This document shows positions 49,125-58,763 of a stretch of DNA of 64,000 nt, piece after piece (the first letter of the stretch is position 1; each line of letters opens with the position of its first letter). A program made the translations under genes and the position numbers. The stretch is taken from NCBI GenBank assembly GCA_963665935.1, contig OY762510.1:1256347-1320346 (forward strand), given 5' to 3'. Below the pieces are notes generated by a model, which saw nothing but the letters and a program-made list of their open reading frames with translations, did not search any database and was not told where the DNA came from. Source of the DNA: an uncultured Syntrophus sp. Its GTDB lineage: Bacteria; Desulfobacterota; Syntrophia; Syntrophales; Syntrophaceae.

Positions 49125-49140
49125 TGGTCCACGTGTTGCT
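49125..49140 (+). promoter_or_regulatory. sigma54 (-24/-12) type promoter for the second PEP-CTERM gene
   Basis: TGGTCCACGTGTTGCT, with GG and GC in the canonical 12-nt register. It lies 57 nt upstream of the ATG at 49197, and GGAGGG precedes that ATG. Confidence 0.55.
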
Positions 49141-49196
49141 ATATTTTTAATCTAAGTAGTGCACTTAGCACTTAATTTTCTAAAAAAGGAGGGCAT

Positions 49197-49919
49197 ATGA
49201 AACGATTATTTATCAGATTTATGCTTGTGATAGGGCTTGTGGTAGCGCTTGCGACTGGTGCTAATGCATTAACTCTTGAGATCAAGGATGGCGGGCTGGG
49301 TTTTCAGCACGGTATTATCCCAGATAATGAATACAATGAATTCTTGCAGTATACTTCACTGTTTGATGCCGTAAAGGTGCTGGATACGAATTCTGGCAGA
49401 TACACATTGGGCGGGTATTACGGTAGTAAAATCCAACTCGCAGGGGGGCCTGCAGTTATCACGGTGGATTATTACGGTGCGGAAGCCGGCTTTTTAAATC
49501 AATTTTGGTATGGAAGCAGCATGTTATTCGACCATACAACAGGTGGCTTTGAAAACTTGACTGGGACACCTGAGCATGCAGTAGTAGGGGTCGTCGACAG
49601 TGGTGCCACGCTAGATTTCGCATTCCTCTATAACCAAGGGACGGTAAATACAGCACGGAATGTTACAAATGGGGTTAATAATCCGGGCAACGTCGCAAAT
49701 ACGGCAAACTTCTTTGCAAGCGTCGAAGGGGCTCCCGATGCTGTTAGCGGCAGCAGCATTTGGCTCTTCCTTGATGACGGAGCACCTGGGCCACTAGATA
49801 ACCATGACGATTTCCTGGTTCGTATTACTGCCACAAGCGTTCCCGAACCTACCACCATGCTTCTTCTTGGTCTAGGTCTTGTTGGCTTGGCAGGAGCCGG
49901 AAGAAAGTTTAATAAGTAA
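49197..49919 (+). CDS. PEP-CTERM sorting-domain secreted protein
   Basis: 240 aa with the signal peptide MKRLFIRFMLVIGLVVALATGANA. The C-terminus VPEPTTMLLLGLGLVGLAGAGRKFNK is nearly identical to that of 11261..11911. Confidence 0.85.
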   Translation: MKRLFIRFMLVIGLVVALATGANALTLEIKDGGLGFQHGIIPDNEYNEFLQYTSLFDAVKVLDTNSGRYTLGGYYGSKIQLAGGPAVITVDYYGAEAGFLNQFWYGSSMLFDHTTGGFENLTGTPEHAVVGVVDSGATLDFAFLYNQGTVNTARNVTNGVNNPGNVANTANFFASVEGAPDAVSGSSIWLFLDDGAPGPLDNHDDFLVRITATSVPEPTTMLLLGLGLVGLAGAGRKFNK

Positions 49920-49954
49920 TATGTAATAAAACAACCACATAATCAGTTTATTAC

Positions 49955-49988
49955 GGAAAGGCAGGGTCAGAAATGGTCCTGCCTTTCC
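49955..49988 (+). terminator. hairpin after the second PEP-CTERM gene (weak U-tract)
   Basis: GGAAAGGCAGG-12 nt-CCTGCCTTTCC, a perfect 11-bp stem. The 5' arm ACGGAAAGGCAGGG is shared with the terminator of the first PEP-CTERM gene. Confidence 0.5.
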
Positions 49989-50338
49989 GTTGTTGTGCAT
50001 TTTAAATGACAATCAGTAGATTGGTCTATTGGTATAAATAAGGACTTGTAGATGCTATCCCGCACTTTTCGGTACAAGACATTTTTTGAAAAACTGTTCC
50101 GGTTAAATTCATCAAATTCTTCCTGAAATTTTGTTTTCATTATATTTTGCTGATATGTGACATTACAAACGGCATTCAATAATTCTACAGTCATGAATTT
50201 ACTTGAAAAATAGTTAAGAATGCTGGAAAAAGAATAAAAGAGGTAGTGGGTATTAAAACGACTTTTTATTATAGAGAGTTTGTTCATTGCTTTTACGCAA
50301 AAATTTAAGGAAGGGCAATCAGGCTGGGCTTTGGAAAT

Positions 50339-50776
50339 GTGCGGATGACACGAATTATAGAGATATTTAGGACATGGCAAGGATGGAAATGCTTACAAGA
50401 GAACTGCGAATTAATAGCGATATTGTCTGTTGCTGGGCTATCTTTTGGCAAATGGGTTTTCCCATACATTGTTACCAACTGCCATATTAAGAAAGTATTT
50501 CAGCTTGAGTTCTCTTTTGATTGGTCCATGGTTTTCATTGTTTCGCTTTTGCCTTTTGTCGGATATAGGCCTGCGAAAAATTTTTGGCAGAGATATTGGT
50601 ATAATAGTCAAAAGCTTAAGGAGATTCCCTTCACCTATATAGATGGGATTTTTGTTTTTGTTGCTTTTGTAGTTATCGCAATATGTATCAGTCAGGAACC
50701 ACTAAAAAACCTTGATTTATCGACACCATCCAAGTTGTGGTTAATATGTTGGTTCCTAGGAGTCTGTCGGACTTGA
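50339..50776 (+). pseudogene. N-terminal, roughly 4-TM fragment of an IS-disrupted KAP NTPase gene (candidate)
   Basis: 145-aa ORF with hydrophobic helices (LIAILSVAGLSF, WSMVFIVSLLPFV, IDGIFVFVAFVVIAICI, LWLICWFL). It stops 6 codons inside the IS left end and is in frame with 52368..54506 once the IS plus one CTAG is removed. Confidence 0.5.
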
Positions 50777-52344
50777 CTGTTCAGCTACTTTATTGATGAA
50801 AAGTCCGAGATTATTTTGTTCATTTAATTCGGGTTTGGCATCCGTGACGGCTTTATGCTCGGATGCATTATGAATGTTTCCTTAATACCTCAGGGAAACC
50901 ATGTTCTTTTTCAATCTATGTGGTCAGGGTATGCAGTCTTTTGATGTTCCAGGCTATGCAGGCAAGATTCCATTCCCCTTGTGCCTTCTCAAAACCGCGC
51001 ATCGAGAAACTTCGGAATCCCATGACTGCCTTGATGATGCCAAAGACGGGTTCAGATGTCGTCTTTCGTAATGCGTAGATAGCCTTTCCCGCTATAGTCT
51101 TAAGCCGGTGCTTCATCCTTGTTACGGCATCTGCGTTGTCTGGCAGCGACGGCGGTTCCTGGAATCGGTCCCAAAGGGGTTCATTGTGTTCTTTCCGATC
51201 GGCGGCGATATAAGGAGTCAATTCCTGCTTTTCGCAGGCAGCGACATTTGCCTCGCTGAAGTAACCACTGTCGGCGATCAAATCAGTCACAGCTCCCAGT
51301 TCCTCCGGCAATACCGCCAAGTGTTCCAACGTCGGCTCAATTTCCTGCTTGTCATTAGGGTGCTGGGTGACATGGGCGGAAACGATGAGTTTGGATGTCG
51401 TGTCGGCAACCGCCTGGGCATTGTATCCCTGCTCGAATCCTCCACCGGGAACGGGCATGATCCGGGATTCTTCGTCGGTCAGATTGACCTGATCACTGGA
51501 ACGCGGGCCGGACACCGGCGGCTTTGGCTGTTTGCCTCGGGGTTTCTTGCCGGTTTCCTGTTCTTTCTTGATGCGCCGGGCAATCTTTTCCTCGTAGGTG
51601 GCTTGCTCACGCGCATGACGCTCTGCCGCGCGCCGTTCGATTTCTGCCTTGGCAGCAGCAATGGCCGCCAGGCGTTTTTCCCGGCGCTCAAGCTCCTCGG
51701 GAATGCTCAGTCCATCGGGGAGGTCGGAACGATCCGCAGCTTCCGCCTTCTTGAGCAGTTCGGCGACTTCGGCTTTAATCTGTGCCTCCAGCTTGCAGGC
51801 GTGACCATAGCTCAATGCCCGATGCCGGGAAGCATTCGCTTTGATCTTGCTGCCGTCAAGACTGACTTTCCCGAGTTTAAGCACGCCCATCTGGCGGGCA
51901 ATCATCAGGATCTGAACGAACAGTTCGGACAATTCTTTCAGAAAGCGTCGCCGAAAACTGGCAATCGTATCATGGTCCGGATGCGTATTGGCTGCTATGT
52001 ACCGGAAAGCTACCGAATCATAGGTGCTGCGCTCCAGTTTGCGGCTGGAGAAAACACCCGTGGCATAACCGTAAAATAAAAGTGCTGTCAGCATTGCCGG
52101 ACTGTGCGCTTGTGAACCGCGACCGGCATAGGAATCCCTCAAAGAACGAAGGTTGAGCTGGGCTACAATCTCAACCACAAACCGGGCAAGGTGACCGTCA
52201 GGAAGCCAGTCGTCAATTGACGGCGGAAGCAAAAAAGACGTCCTTCGATCACATTGAATAAAATTGGCGCTCATCCGTGATACTCCTGCATTCAAAGATG
52301 AGCGATTATATCATATTACGTCGTAAAGTCCGACAAACTCCTAG
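50756..52344 (-). mobile_element. IS1182-type (IS5-superfamily-like) insertion sequence
   Basis: Terminal inverted repeats are CTAGGAGTCTGTCGGACTT (50756-50774) and AAGTCCGACAAACTCCTAG (52326-52344), matching at 18/19. CTAG at both ends may be a 4-bp target duplication. There is a single DDE transposase ORF inside. Confidence 0.8.
50916..52295 (-). CDS. IS1182-family DDE transposase
   Basis: 459 aa. The N-terminus FLLPPSIDDWLPDGHLARFVVEIV is typical of the IS1182/InsH N-terminal domain. It has a central coiled-coil/basic linker and a C-terminal DDE region (ADSGYFSE...). Confidence 0.85.
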   Translation of the reverse strand: MNAGVSRMSANFIQCDRRTSFLLPPSIDDWLPDGHLARFVVEIVAQLNLRSLRDSYAGRGSQAHSPAMLTALLFYGYATGVFSSRKLERSTYDSVAFRYIAANTHPDHDTIASFRRRFLKELSELFVQILMIARQMGVLKLGKVSLDGSKIKANASRHRALSYGHACKLEAQIKAEVAELLKKAEAADRSDLPDGLSIPEELERREKRLAAIAAAKAEIERRAAERHAREQATYEEKIARRIKKEQETGKKPRGKQPKPPVSGPRSSDQVNLTDEESRIMPVPGGGFEQGYNAQAVADTTSKLIVSAHVTQHPNDKQEIEPTLEHLAVLPEELGAVTDLIADSGYFSEANVAACEKQELTPYIAADRKEHNEPLWDRFQEPPSLPDNADAVTRMKHRLKTIAGKAIYALRKTTSEPVFGIIKAVMGFRSFSMRGFEKAQGEWNLACIAWNIKRLHTLTT

Positions 52345-52367
52345 TTGCAATTCTTTGGTCGATCAGC

Positions 52368-54506
52368 GTGAAAATCACCGGTGAGCGCATCAAGTCTCTT
52401 GAATTGCCACCCGCAAGAAGTGATCAATATGTCGATAACAATTTCTTCCCCGACGAACCCATTGATCAGATCGACAAGGATTTACTGAATAGAACAGAAT
52501 TCATAGACAAAATGAGTAAACAAATCATAAATTTTCCATCTTCAGAACCATTTGTTTTCGGACTTCATGGCCAGTGGGGGGAGGGAAAGACGTCTGTTCT
52601 GAAGCTGCTTAAGAATAAGCTAGAGAAAGAGCAGAATATAATAGTTAACGAATTTGATCCGTGGTATTTTTCATCGCAAAATGCGGTCATAAAAGCCTTC
52701 TATACGAATCTCTATATATCTCTAAATAAAAAATTTTTTCTTCCTAATTTCAAAGCAACCGTTACTAAGTACACAAAGGTTCTTAACCTTGGTGTTAAAG
52801 CCTCCTCAGGAGTATTCGTTGATTTTACCATGTCCGGTGAATCTGTAGAGGAACTGAAGAGCCAGGTTGAAAAATGTATCAACTATACACGCATGAAAAT
52901 TGTCATTCTCATTGATGATATAGACAGGTTGAATAAGGATGATATTTTACAAGTGTTTAAGATCGTAAAGCTCTCTGCTAAATTCAAGAATGTAGTATTC
53001 GTGCTGAGTTTTGATGATAACGTTGTTCGTTCTCAATTTCAGGATGAGATTCACACTGACCCATCTTATATAGAGAAGATAATTCAAAGTCCCATTAACC
53101 TGCCTCCAGCCGAGCAGATCGCAATCGACAAATTCCTTTATTATTCATATCATCGCGAATACCTTACAGAAGTAAATCGTTTGTTTAAAATCCTTGAAAT
53201 AGACGAACAGCGGATCAATGAGTTTCATGATTCTTTTGATTATGCATATTTAAAATATATTCACCGTCTCTTTCCCACCCTCAGGACAGCGAAGAGATAC
53301 TTGAATGGGCTCTACTCTACATTGCCGGCAGTTAAGACAGAGGTCAATTTACACGATTTTTTTATCCTCGAATTAGTTCGAATCTTCTATCCTAAAGTTT
53401 ATAATGATATTTGGCAAAGGCCTTGGTTCTACATCTCCGCTAGTTGGTCCCTCATCACTCAGTCAACTTGGCCTTATATGGGTAATGAAGAGAAAAGGTA
53501 TGAACAGATTAAAGGACATATTGAAAAGGTTTTACCGCCTGATGACAAAATATTACAGCAGCTCCTGGAGGCATTGTTCCCAGAAATTCATAATGCTTTG
53601 ATTATCACTAAAGTATCTTTAGACGAAGGAAACAGCAGGAAGACACAGAGGATTACACATCCCGATGTTTTTCCAAAGTATTTTTTGATGCGCATACCAC
53701 AAGGGGAACTTTCTGATGAAAGAGTAAAAGCTGTAATATCGGAATGGAATAGCTATGATAATGACATGCTCAATACCAAGATGATCGAAGAATTCGAGAA
53801 GTTGCGTGAAGAGAAAAAACTTCCTGAACTCTTGTCTAGGTTTCGCGTATATCATCAGACAATTGAGCCTCATACAGCCAGCACCTTAATCAGATTCCTC
53901 TCCAAAAATATGAAGCTTTTACCTGAAGAATTCGAAAGTGGTTTGATCGAATCAGAATTAACATCCGTCAAATTATTAATTGTTTCTCTTTTAAACGATC
54001 AAGTCCAGCCTAACGAAATTCAGTCTCTACTAAAGGAAATCGTCACCGATACATCCTCCTTGAACTTGGCTGGCAGTTTACTTCTGATGGTTAGCGAACC
54101 TGGAACATACTACACAGTTCAAAAAAACATCGACATAAATGTTCTGTATGAGAACTTTTTCAAGCGAATGAATGAATACTTTATCTCAGGGCAGCGTGAC
54201 ATCTTTGAGGGAAAACATACTCTGTATGGACAAACCGTCCTTTTGGCTCGGTGGGCTAAATCTGATTTAGAGGTGAACAACTACATCTTGTCTTTAATCG
54301 ACACACATCACCACTATCTAGGCCGCTTCATAGCGATGTACAGGCCAGATGTTGGAAATAATGAAGCATTTCTCCAAATCTTTGATGCAGACAGTATTTA
54401 TAAAAGAGCCACCCAATATGGATCTGACGGTTATTCTGAAGAACATGAAAAACGGGCAATAGAAGCTTTCATGAAATTATACAAAGCTAACAGAGCCTCG
54501 TTATAG
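52368..54506 (+). pseudogene. KAP-family P-loop NTPase body, separated from its putative N-terminus by the IS
   Basis: 712 aa. DKDLLNRTEFIDKMSKQI...FVFGLHGQWGEGKTSVLK (Walker A) and MKIVILIDDIDRL (Walker B) fit KAP NTPases. The only start is GTG at 52368, and the frame stays open upstream to the IS end. Confidence 0.75.
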
Positions 54507-54631
54507 GTTAAACAATTCCCTTCTGATCATTTTGATAACCAAACTTAAATTGGAGGAGTCCTGAGTTTAGAAGGTGATTACTTGTCACGGGTGCAGACGC
54601 AAAAAGCCAAGCCGAACATTTCAATTGTTGG

Positions 54632-54856
54632 ATGGAGATGAACGACATGAATAATAAGTATGATTGTCTTTGCTGCCATCGGGGTGTTTCTAAGAACCAG
54701 TCTCGCCAATGCCCGATATGTGGACACGTCTTTCAAGGAAATGGATGGGATGGGATCGACGCCCACTGGAAGGCCAAACACGGTGATGTAATGCCATATG
54801 CCGTTTTTTGGAACTCACTGTGTCATGACCACAAGAACATACATGGAGGTGCATAG
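54632..54856 (+). CDS. small zinc-ribbon protein
   Basis: 74 aa with CLCC...CPIC cysteine pairs followed by GWDGIDAHWKAKHGD. The more likely start is ATG 54647, preceded by GGAG. Confidence 0.5.
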   Translation: MEMNDMNNKYDCLCCHRGVSKNQSRQCPICGHVFQGNGWDGIDAHWKAKHGDVMPYAVFWNSLCHDHKNIHGGA

Positions 54857-55063
54857 ATGACCCAGCGAGGCTATATGAGATCTTTGTACCAACAATATTA
54901 GGGAGTTGAGGCATCGATCATCAAAGTCTATGCAATTGGGGAGGGCAAAGGTATTGTGGGTCGGAGAAGCAATAGGTACAATCTGACTGCGGAATCTTAC
55001 GCAAAAGCGCTATACAGAGATGGAACCCGAAAGGGCTGGATCAAAGATGATGGAACAGATTGA
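54857..55063 (+). pseudogene. small ORF interrupted by an in-frame TAG (54899-54901)
   Basis: The ATG abuts the zinc-ribbon stop (TAGATG). It reads MTQRGYMRSLYQQY-stop-GVEASIIKVYAIGEGKGIVGRRSNRYNLTAESYAKALYRDGTRKGWIKDDGTD. The second part has no start codon of its own. Confidence 0.3.
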
Positions 55064-55222
55064 GCACCGAACGCCAGCCGTTCCACCGCATTGCCGATAA
55101 ACCGACCCCCGGTGACCTCTGTGTTATATCAATCATTTCAAACGAAAATCCTTAAATATTTCAGTCAACATTGTTGCGACTTTGTAGATGAACTCATTCA
55201 GAAACATAATAAGAACAGAAAT

Positions 55223-55501
55223 CTAGCTGGTTACCATGGGGTACCATTTTCCTGTTATATTTTCCAATAGCAGTTGAAAAGCTGTTTTGCCATCTACAAC
55301 CCCTTCAAGATTGTCGATACTACCCAAAATCTCATTAAATATTTGTTTGGCTCGTTCTTCAGGTAATCCGCCTGCCATAGCCGGTTGTAAGATTGCAATA
55401 AGTAATGATGCTATCTCTTGAGAACCTTCAATCTTTTGCACTTCCTCTTCTTTAATTTCTTCGCTCACCCATTCCTCCTCGTTTTGAAATGAGAATATCA
55501 A
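55223..55501 (-). CDS. hypothetical acidic protein
   Basis: 92-aa ORF in AT-rich DNA with helical, non-repetitive sequence. I recognise no family. Confidence 0.35.
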   Translation of the reverse strand: MIFSFQNEEEWVSEEIKEEEVQKIEGSQEIASLLIAILQPAMAGGLPEERAKQIFNEILGSIDNLEGVVDGKTAFQLLLENITGKWYPMVTS

Positions 55502-55658
55502 CTATCGATTTGTTGTCGATATTACAAGTCTTATTCGATGGCTCTCGTTAATCGTGGTAAAGTATAAAAAGAACACAGTTCCGGCGTTGACGTCGGCGTC
55601 AGGATGCGTTATGCAGGGGTATAAAATTTTTTTCGGGCTGAACAGGAGCAGGAAGAGA

Positions 55659-56489
55659 ATGAACTTTTTCAAGATGAGTGGCAGCGGCAATGACTTTATC
55701 CTGGTGGACAACCGGGGAGGGGCGCTGGCTGAAATAAAAGATATACCGGCTTTTGTGCAGGCGGTCTGCCGCCGGAAGGTGTCGGTAGGGGCCGACGGGG
55801 TGATTCTTGTCGAGTCTTCGGAGCGGGCGGACTTCCGCTGGCGTTTTTTCAATGCCGACGGCAGTGAAGTGGAGATGTGCGGCAACGGGGGCCGCTGTGT
55901 CGCCCGGTTTGCCTTTCTTCAGGGAATTGCCGGGGAGCGGATGTCCTTTGAAACCGCGGCGGGGATCATTGATGCCGAAGTCCGGGGAGACGTTGTGAAG
56001 CTGCGCCTCACGGAACCTTCGGCGCTTCAGGCTGACCGGGCCATTCCTATCCAGGATGAGATGCTGACGGTGGACAGCCTCAACACCGGAGTTCCCCATG
56101 TCGTGGCCTTCGTAACCGATCTGGATGCTTTTGACGTCTTCCGTTACGGCCGGGCGCTCCGGTATTCCGAGGCTTTTGCGCCGGCGGGGACGAACGCCAA
56201 CTTCGTCACGGTGACCGGTCCGCACAGTCTTTCCGTCCGGACTTACGAACGAGGCGTGGAAGACGAAACCCTGGCCTGCGGCACGGGATCGGTGGCCTCG
56301 GCCCTGGCAGCGGCAGCGCGGGGGGAGGTGACCTCGCCGGTCGAGGTGACCGTGAGAAGCGGCGAGATTCTCAAGATCCATTTCGATAAGATCGATGGCG
56401 CGTTCCGGAACGTCTATCTGGAGGGCCGGGTTCGCGTGGTCTATGAAGGCCGGCTCTGGGAAGAGGCCTGGCAGGATAACGGATACTAA
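55659..56489 (+). CDS. dapF: diaminopimelate epimerase
   Basis: MNFFKMSGSGNDFILVDN...EMCGNGGRCVARF...ETLACGTGSVA, with two catalytic Cys motifs. The start at ATG 55659 follows AGGAGCAGGAAG. Confidence 0.92.
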   Translation: MNFFKMSGSGNDFILVDNRGGALAEIKDIPAFVQAVCRRKVSVGADGVILVESSERADFRWRFFNADGSEVEMCGNGGRCVARFAFLQGIAGERMSFETAAGIIDAEVRGDVVKLRLTEPSALQADRAIPIQDEMLTVDSLNTGVPHVVAFVTDLDAFDVFRYGRALRYSEAFAPAGTNANFVTVTGPHSLSVRTYERGVEDETLACGTGSVASALAAAARGEVTSPVEVTVRSGEILKIHFDKIDGAFRNVYLEGRVRVVYEGRLWEEAWQDNGY

Positions 56490-56527
56490 GGAAATTCTTA
56501 AGTAGAAATAATAAAGGAGACCAAACT

Positions 56528-57694
56528 GTGCAGATTGCGGAACGATTAGGGAAAATTCCCCCTTACCTGTTCATGGAGTTGCGGAAAAAAATCAATCAGG
56601 CAAAGGCCGATGGTGTGGATGTCATCAGCCTGGCCATCGGGGACCCGGTGGAACCCACCCCGGATTCCATTATTGAGGAACTCTGCCGTCAGGCGCACAA
56701 TCCCGAAAATCACCGGTATCCCACCGATGAGGAAAAGGGCATGCTGGCCTTCCGGCAGGAGGTGGCCCGCTGGTATTCGGAAAACTACGGTGTCGGTCTC
56801 GATCCGGAAAAGGAGATCCTTGGGCTTATCGGTTCGAAGGAAGGGTGCCATCATTTTGTCCTGGCCTGCATCAACCCCGGGGATATCGTCCTCATGACCG
56901 ATCCCGGATATCCGGCCTATCGTTCCAGCATCCTCATGGCCGGCGGTGAACCTTACAATGTGCCGATTCTGCCTGGGAACGGGTATCTGCCGGTTTTTGA
57001 AGACATCCCCTCCGACATTCTGAAGCGGGCGCGGGGCATGTTCCTCAATTATCCCAACAACCCCACGGGGGCGTGTGCTACCCGGCCCTTCCTGGACCGC
57101 CTGGTCGCCTTCGCCCGGGAAACGGGCATTGCCATCTGCTACGACAACCCTTACAGCGAGATGGTTTTTGAAGGCCAGGAACGCCTCAGCTTCCTCATGG
57201 CGGACGGGGCGAAGAAGGTCGGCGTGGAACTCAATTCCCTGTCCAAACCTTACAACATGACGGGCTGGCGGATCGGCATGGCCTCAGGCAATCCGGAGAT
57301 TCTGGCCGCCATGAGCAAGGTCAAGGAAAATACCGATTCGGGAATCTTCAATCCCATCCAGTATGCGGGCCTGTTTGCCCTCCGTCATGAATCGGCGTCC
57401 ATTGATAAGATGCGGACGATCTATGCCCAGCGCCGGGCACTGGTCCTCCAGACGCTGAAGAAGATCGGCATTGACTTTCAGCCGCCCAAAGGCACCTTTT
57501 ATCTCTGGGTGCCGGTTCCGGCGGGCATGACTTCCCTGGAGTTCACCAACCGCCTTTTCGAGAAAACGGCGGTGGTGGTGGCCTCGGGAACGGCCTACGG
57601 TCAATATGGGGAAGGCTTCATCCGCATCTCGCTGACCGTCCCGGACAACCGGCTGGCCGAGGCCATGGCCCGGATCGAGAAGGAGTTTGCCTGA
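56528..57694 (+). CDS. dapL: class I/II aminotransferase, LL-diaminopimelate aminotransferase-like
   Basis: 388 aa: IPPYLFMELRKKINQAKADGVDVISLAIGDP...NYPNNPTG...SLSKPYNMTGWRIG (PLP lysine). Adjacency to dapF supports a DapL role. The start is GTG. Confidence 0.65.
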   Translation: MQIAERLGKIPPYLFMELRKKINQAKADGVDVISLAIGDPVEPTPDSIIEELCRQAHNPENHRYPTDEEKGMLAFRQEVARWYSENYGVGLDPEKEILGLIGSKEGCHHFVLACINPGDIVLMTDPGYPAYRSSILMAGGEPYNVPILPGNGYLPVFEDIPSDILKRARGMFLNYPNNPTGACATRPFLDRLVAFARETGIAICYDNPYSEMVFEGQERLSFLMADGAKKVGVELNSLSKPYNMTGWRIGMASGNPEILAAMSKVKENTDSGIFNPIQYAGLFALRHESASIDKMRTIYAQRRALVLQTLKKIGIDFQPPKGTFYLWVPVPAGMTSLEFTNRLFEKTAVVVASGTAYGQYGEGFIRISLTVPDNRLAEAMARIEKEFA

Positions 57695-57720
57695 AAAAGC
57701 AGGCAGGGGAGGGATAAATC

Positions 57721-58752
57721 ATGGAGATCGGGATTCTGGGGCTTCCCCAGAGTGGGAAAAGCACCCTTTTTGAAATCATGACCGGCGTCCGTAGCCGGGA
57801 CGTCCATGGGGAGACGTGCGTCCGCGGTCAGGCTTCCGTTCCCGACGGAAGATTCGACCGGCTGGTGGAGATCTATAAACCCCTCCGGGCGGTACCCGCC
57901 CGGGTGCCTTTCACGGATGTGAACGCCGTGGGTGAAAAGGCGTGGGAGACGGTCCGCCAGGCACTCAGCAGCGCCGAAGGCCTGCTCCATATTGTGGACT
58001 GCTTTTCGGACAACTCGATTCCGGCCATGGTGAATCGCAGCCGGCAGCTGGCCGACGAATTGATCCTCTCCGACCTGGTGGTCGTCGAGAACCGCCGGGA
58101 GCGGCTCTTGAAAGTGGCCAAAAAAACCCTGAAACCGCCGGAATCTCTCCATGTGGAACTCATGCCGCGCCTTCAGGAACAGCTGGAAGCAGGCAAACCC
58201 CTCCGGGAACTGCCGCTGACAAAAGAGGAACGCGCCGCCCTTTCCAGTTTTTCCTTCTGGACGCTGCGTCCGGAACTGGTTGTTCTCAATGTCGCCGAAG
58301 AGGGATTTTCCGTCGTGGAAGCCTTTCAGAAGGAAGCCGGTCTGGCCGATCCGGTCCTGGGAATCTGCTGTGAACTGGAGGCGGAGATGGCCGGGTTGCC
58401 CCCCGAGGAACAGAAGGAATTCCTGGCTGCCCTGGGCATGGAAGAACCGGCCTTCGGCCGGGTGATCCGGGCCGCCTTTTCCCTCCTCGGCCGGATCTCT
58501 TATTTCACCGTGGGAGAGGATGAAGTGAAGGCCTGGGTCATTCCGGAAGGGACGAAGGCCCCCCGGGCCGCGGCGGCGATACATAAGGACTTTGAAAGGG
58601 GTTTCATCAAGGCGGAAGTTACTGCCTATGATGATTTTATATCCTGCGGCAGTTCGCACGCCAAGGCCAAGGCAGCCGGCAAGGTCCGCCTGGAAGGCAA
58701 GGAGTATGTCGTAAAGGACGGCGACATCATTACCTTCCGGTTTAATGTCTAG
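57721..58752 (+). CDS. ychF: YchF/OLA1-family GTPase/ATPase (DUF933 C-terminus)
   Basis: MEIGILGLPQSGKSTLFEIMTG (P-loop). The C-terminus reads GFIKAEVTAYDDF...AGKVRLEGKEYVVKDGDIITFRFNV. Confidence 0.85.
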   Translation: MEIGILGLPQSGKSTLFEIMTGVRSRDVHGETCVRGQASVPDGRFDRLVEIYKPLRAVPARVPFTDVNAVGEKAWETVRQALSSAEGLLHIVDCFSDNSIPAMVNRSRQLADELILSDLVVVENRRERLLKVAKKTLKPPESLHVELMPRLQEQLEAGKPLRELPLTKEERAALSSFSFWTLRPELVVLNVAEEGFSVVEAFQKEAGLADPVLGICCELEAEMAGLPPEEQKEFLAALGMEEPAFGRVIRAAFSLLGRISYFTVGEDEVKAWVIPEGTKAPRAAAAIHKDFERGFIKAEVTAYDDFISCGSSHAKAKAAGKVRLEGKEYVVKDGDIITFRFNV

Positions 58753-58763
58753 GGAGCATACGA

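Noticed and set aside
49158-49176. TTAGCACTT, a string resembling a CIRCE half-site, upstream of the second PEP-CTERM gene.
   Set aside because: - Only one half-site is present, with no GAGTGCTAA partner 9 nt away.
- It lies in front of a non-chaperone gene.
- It is more likely part of a local AGTGCACT/AGCACT repeat in the 5' UTR.
49967-50380. A 137-aa minus-strand ORF between the PEP-CTERM gene and the TM/KAP ORF.
   Set aside because: - Its 3' end runs through the PEP-CTERM terminator hairpin.
- Its 5' end overlaps the start of the 50339 ORF.
- It is AT-rich with Ser/Phe/Asn/Lys-biased sequence and no motif.
- It cannot be supported from sequence alone, though it is not excluded.
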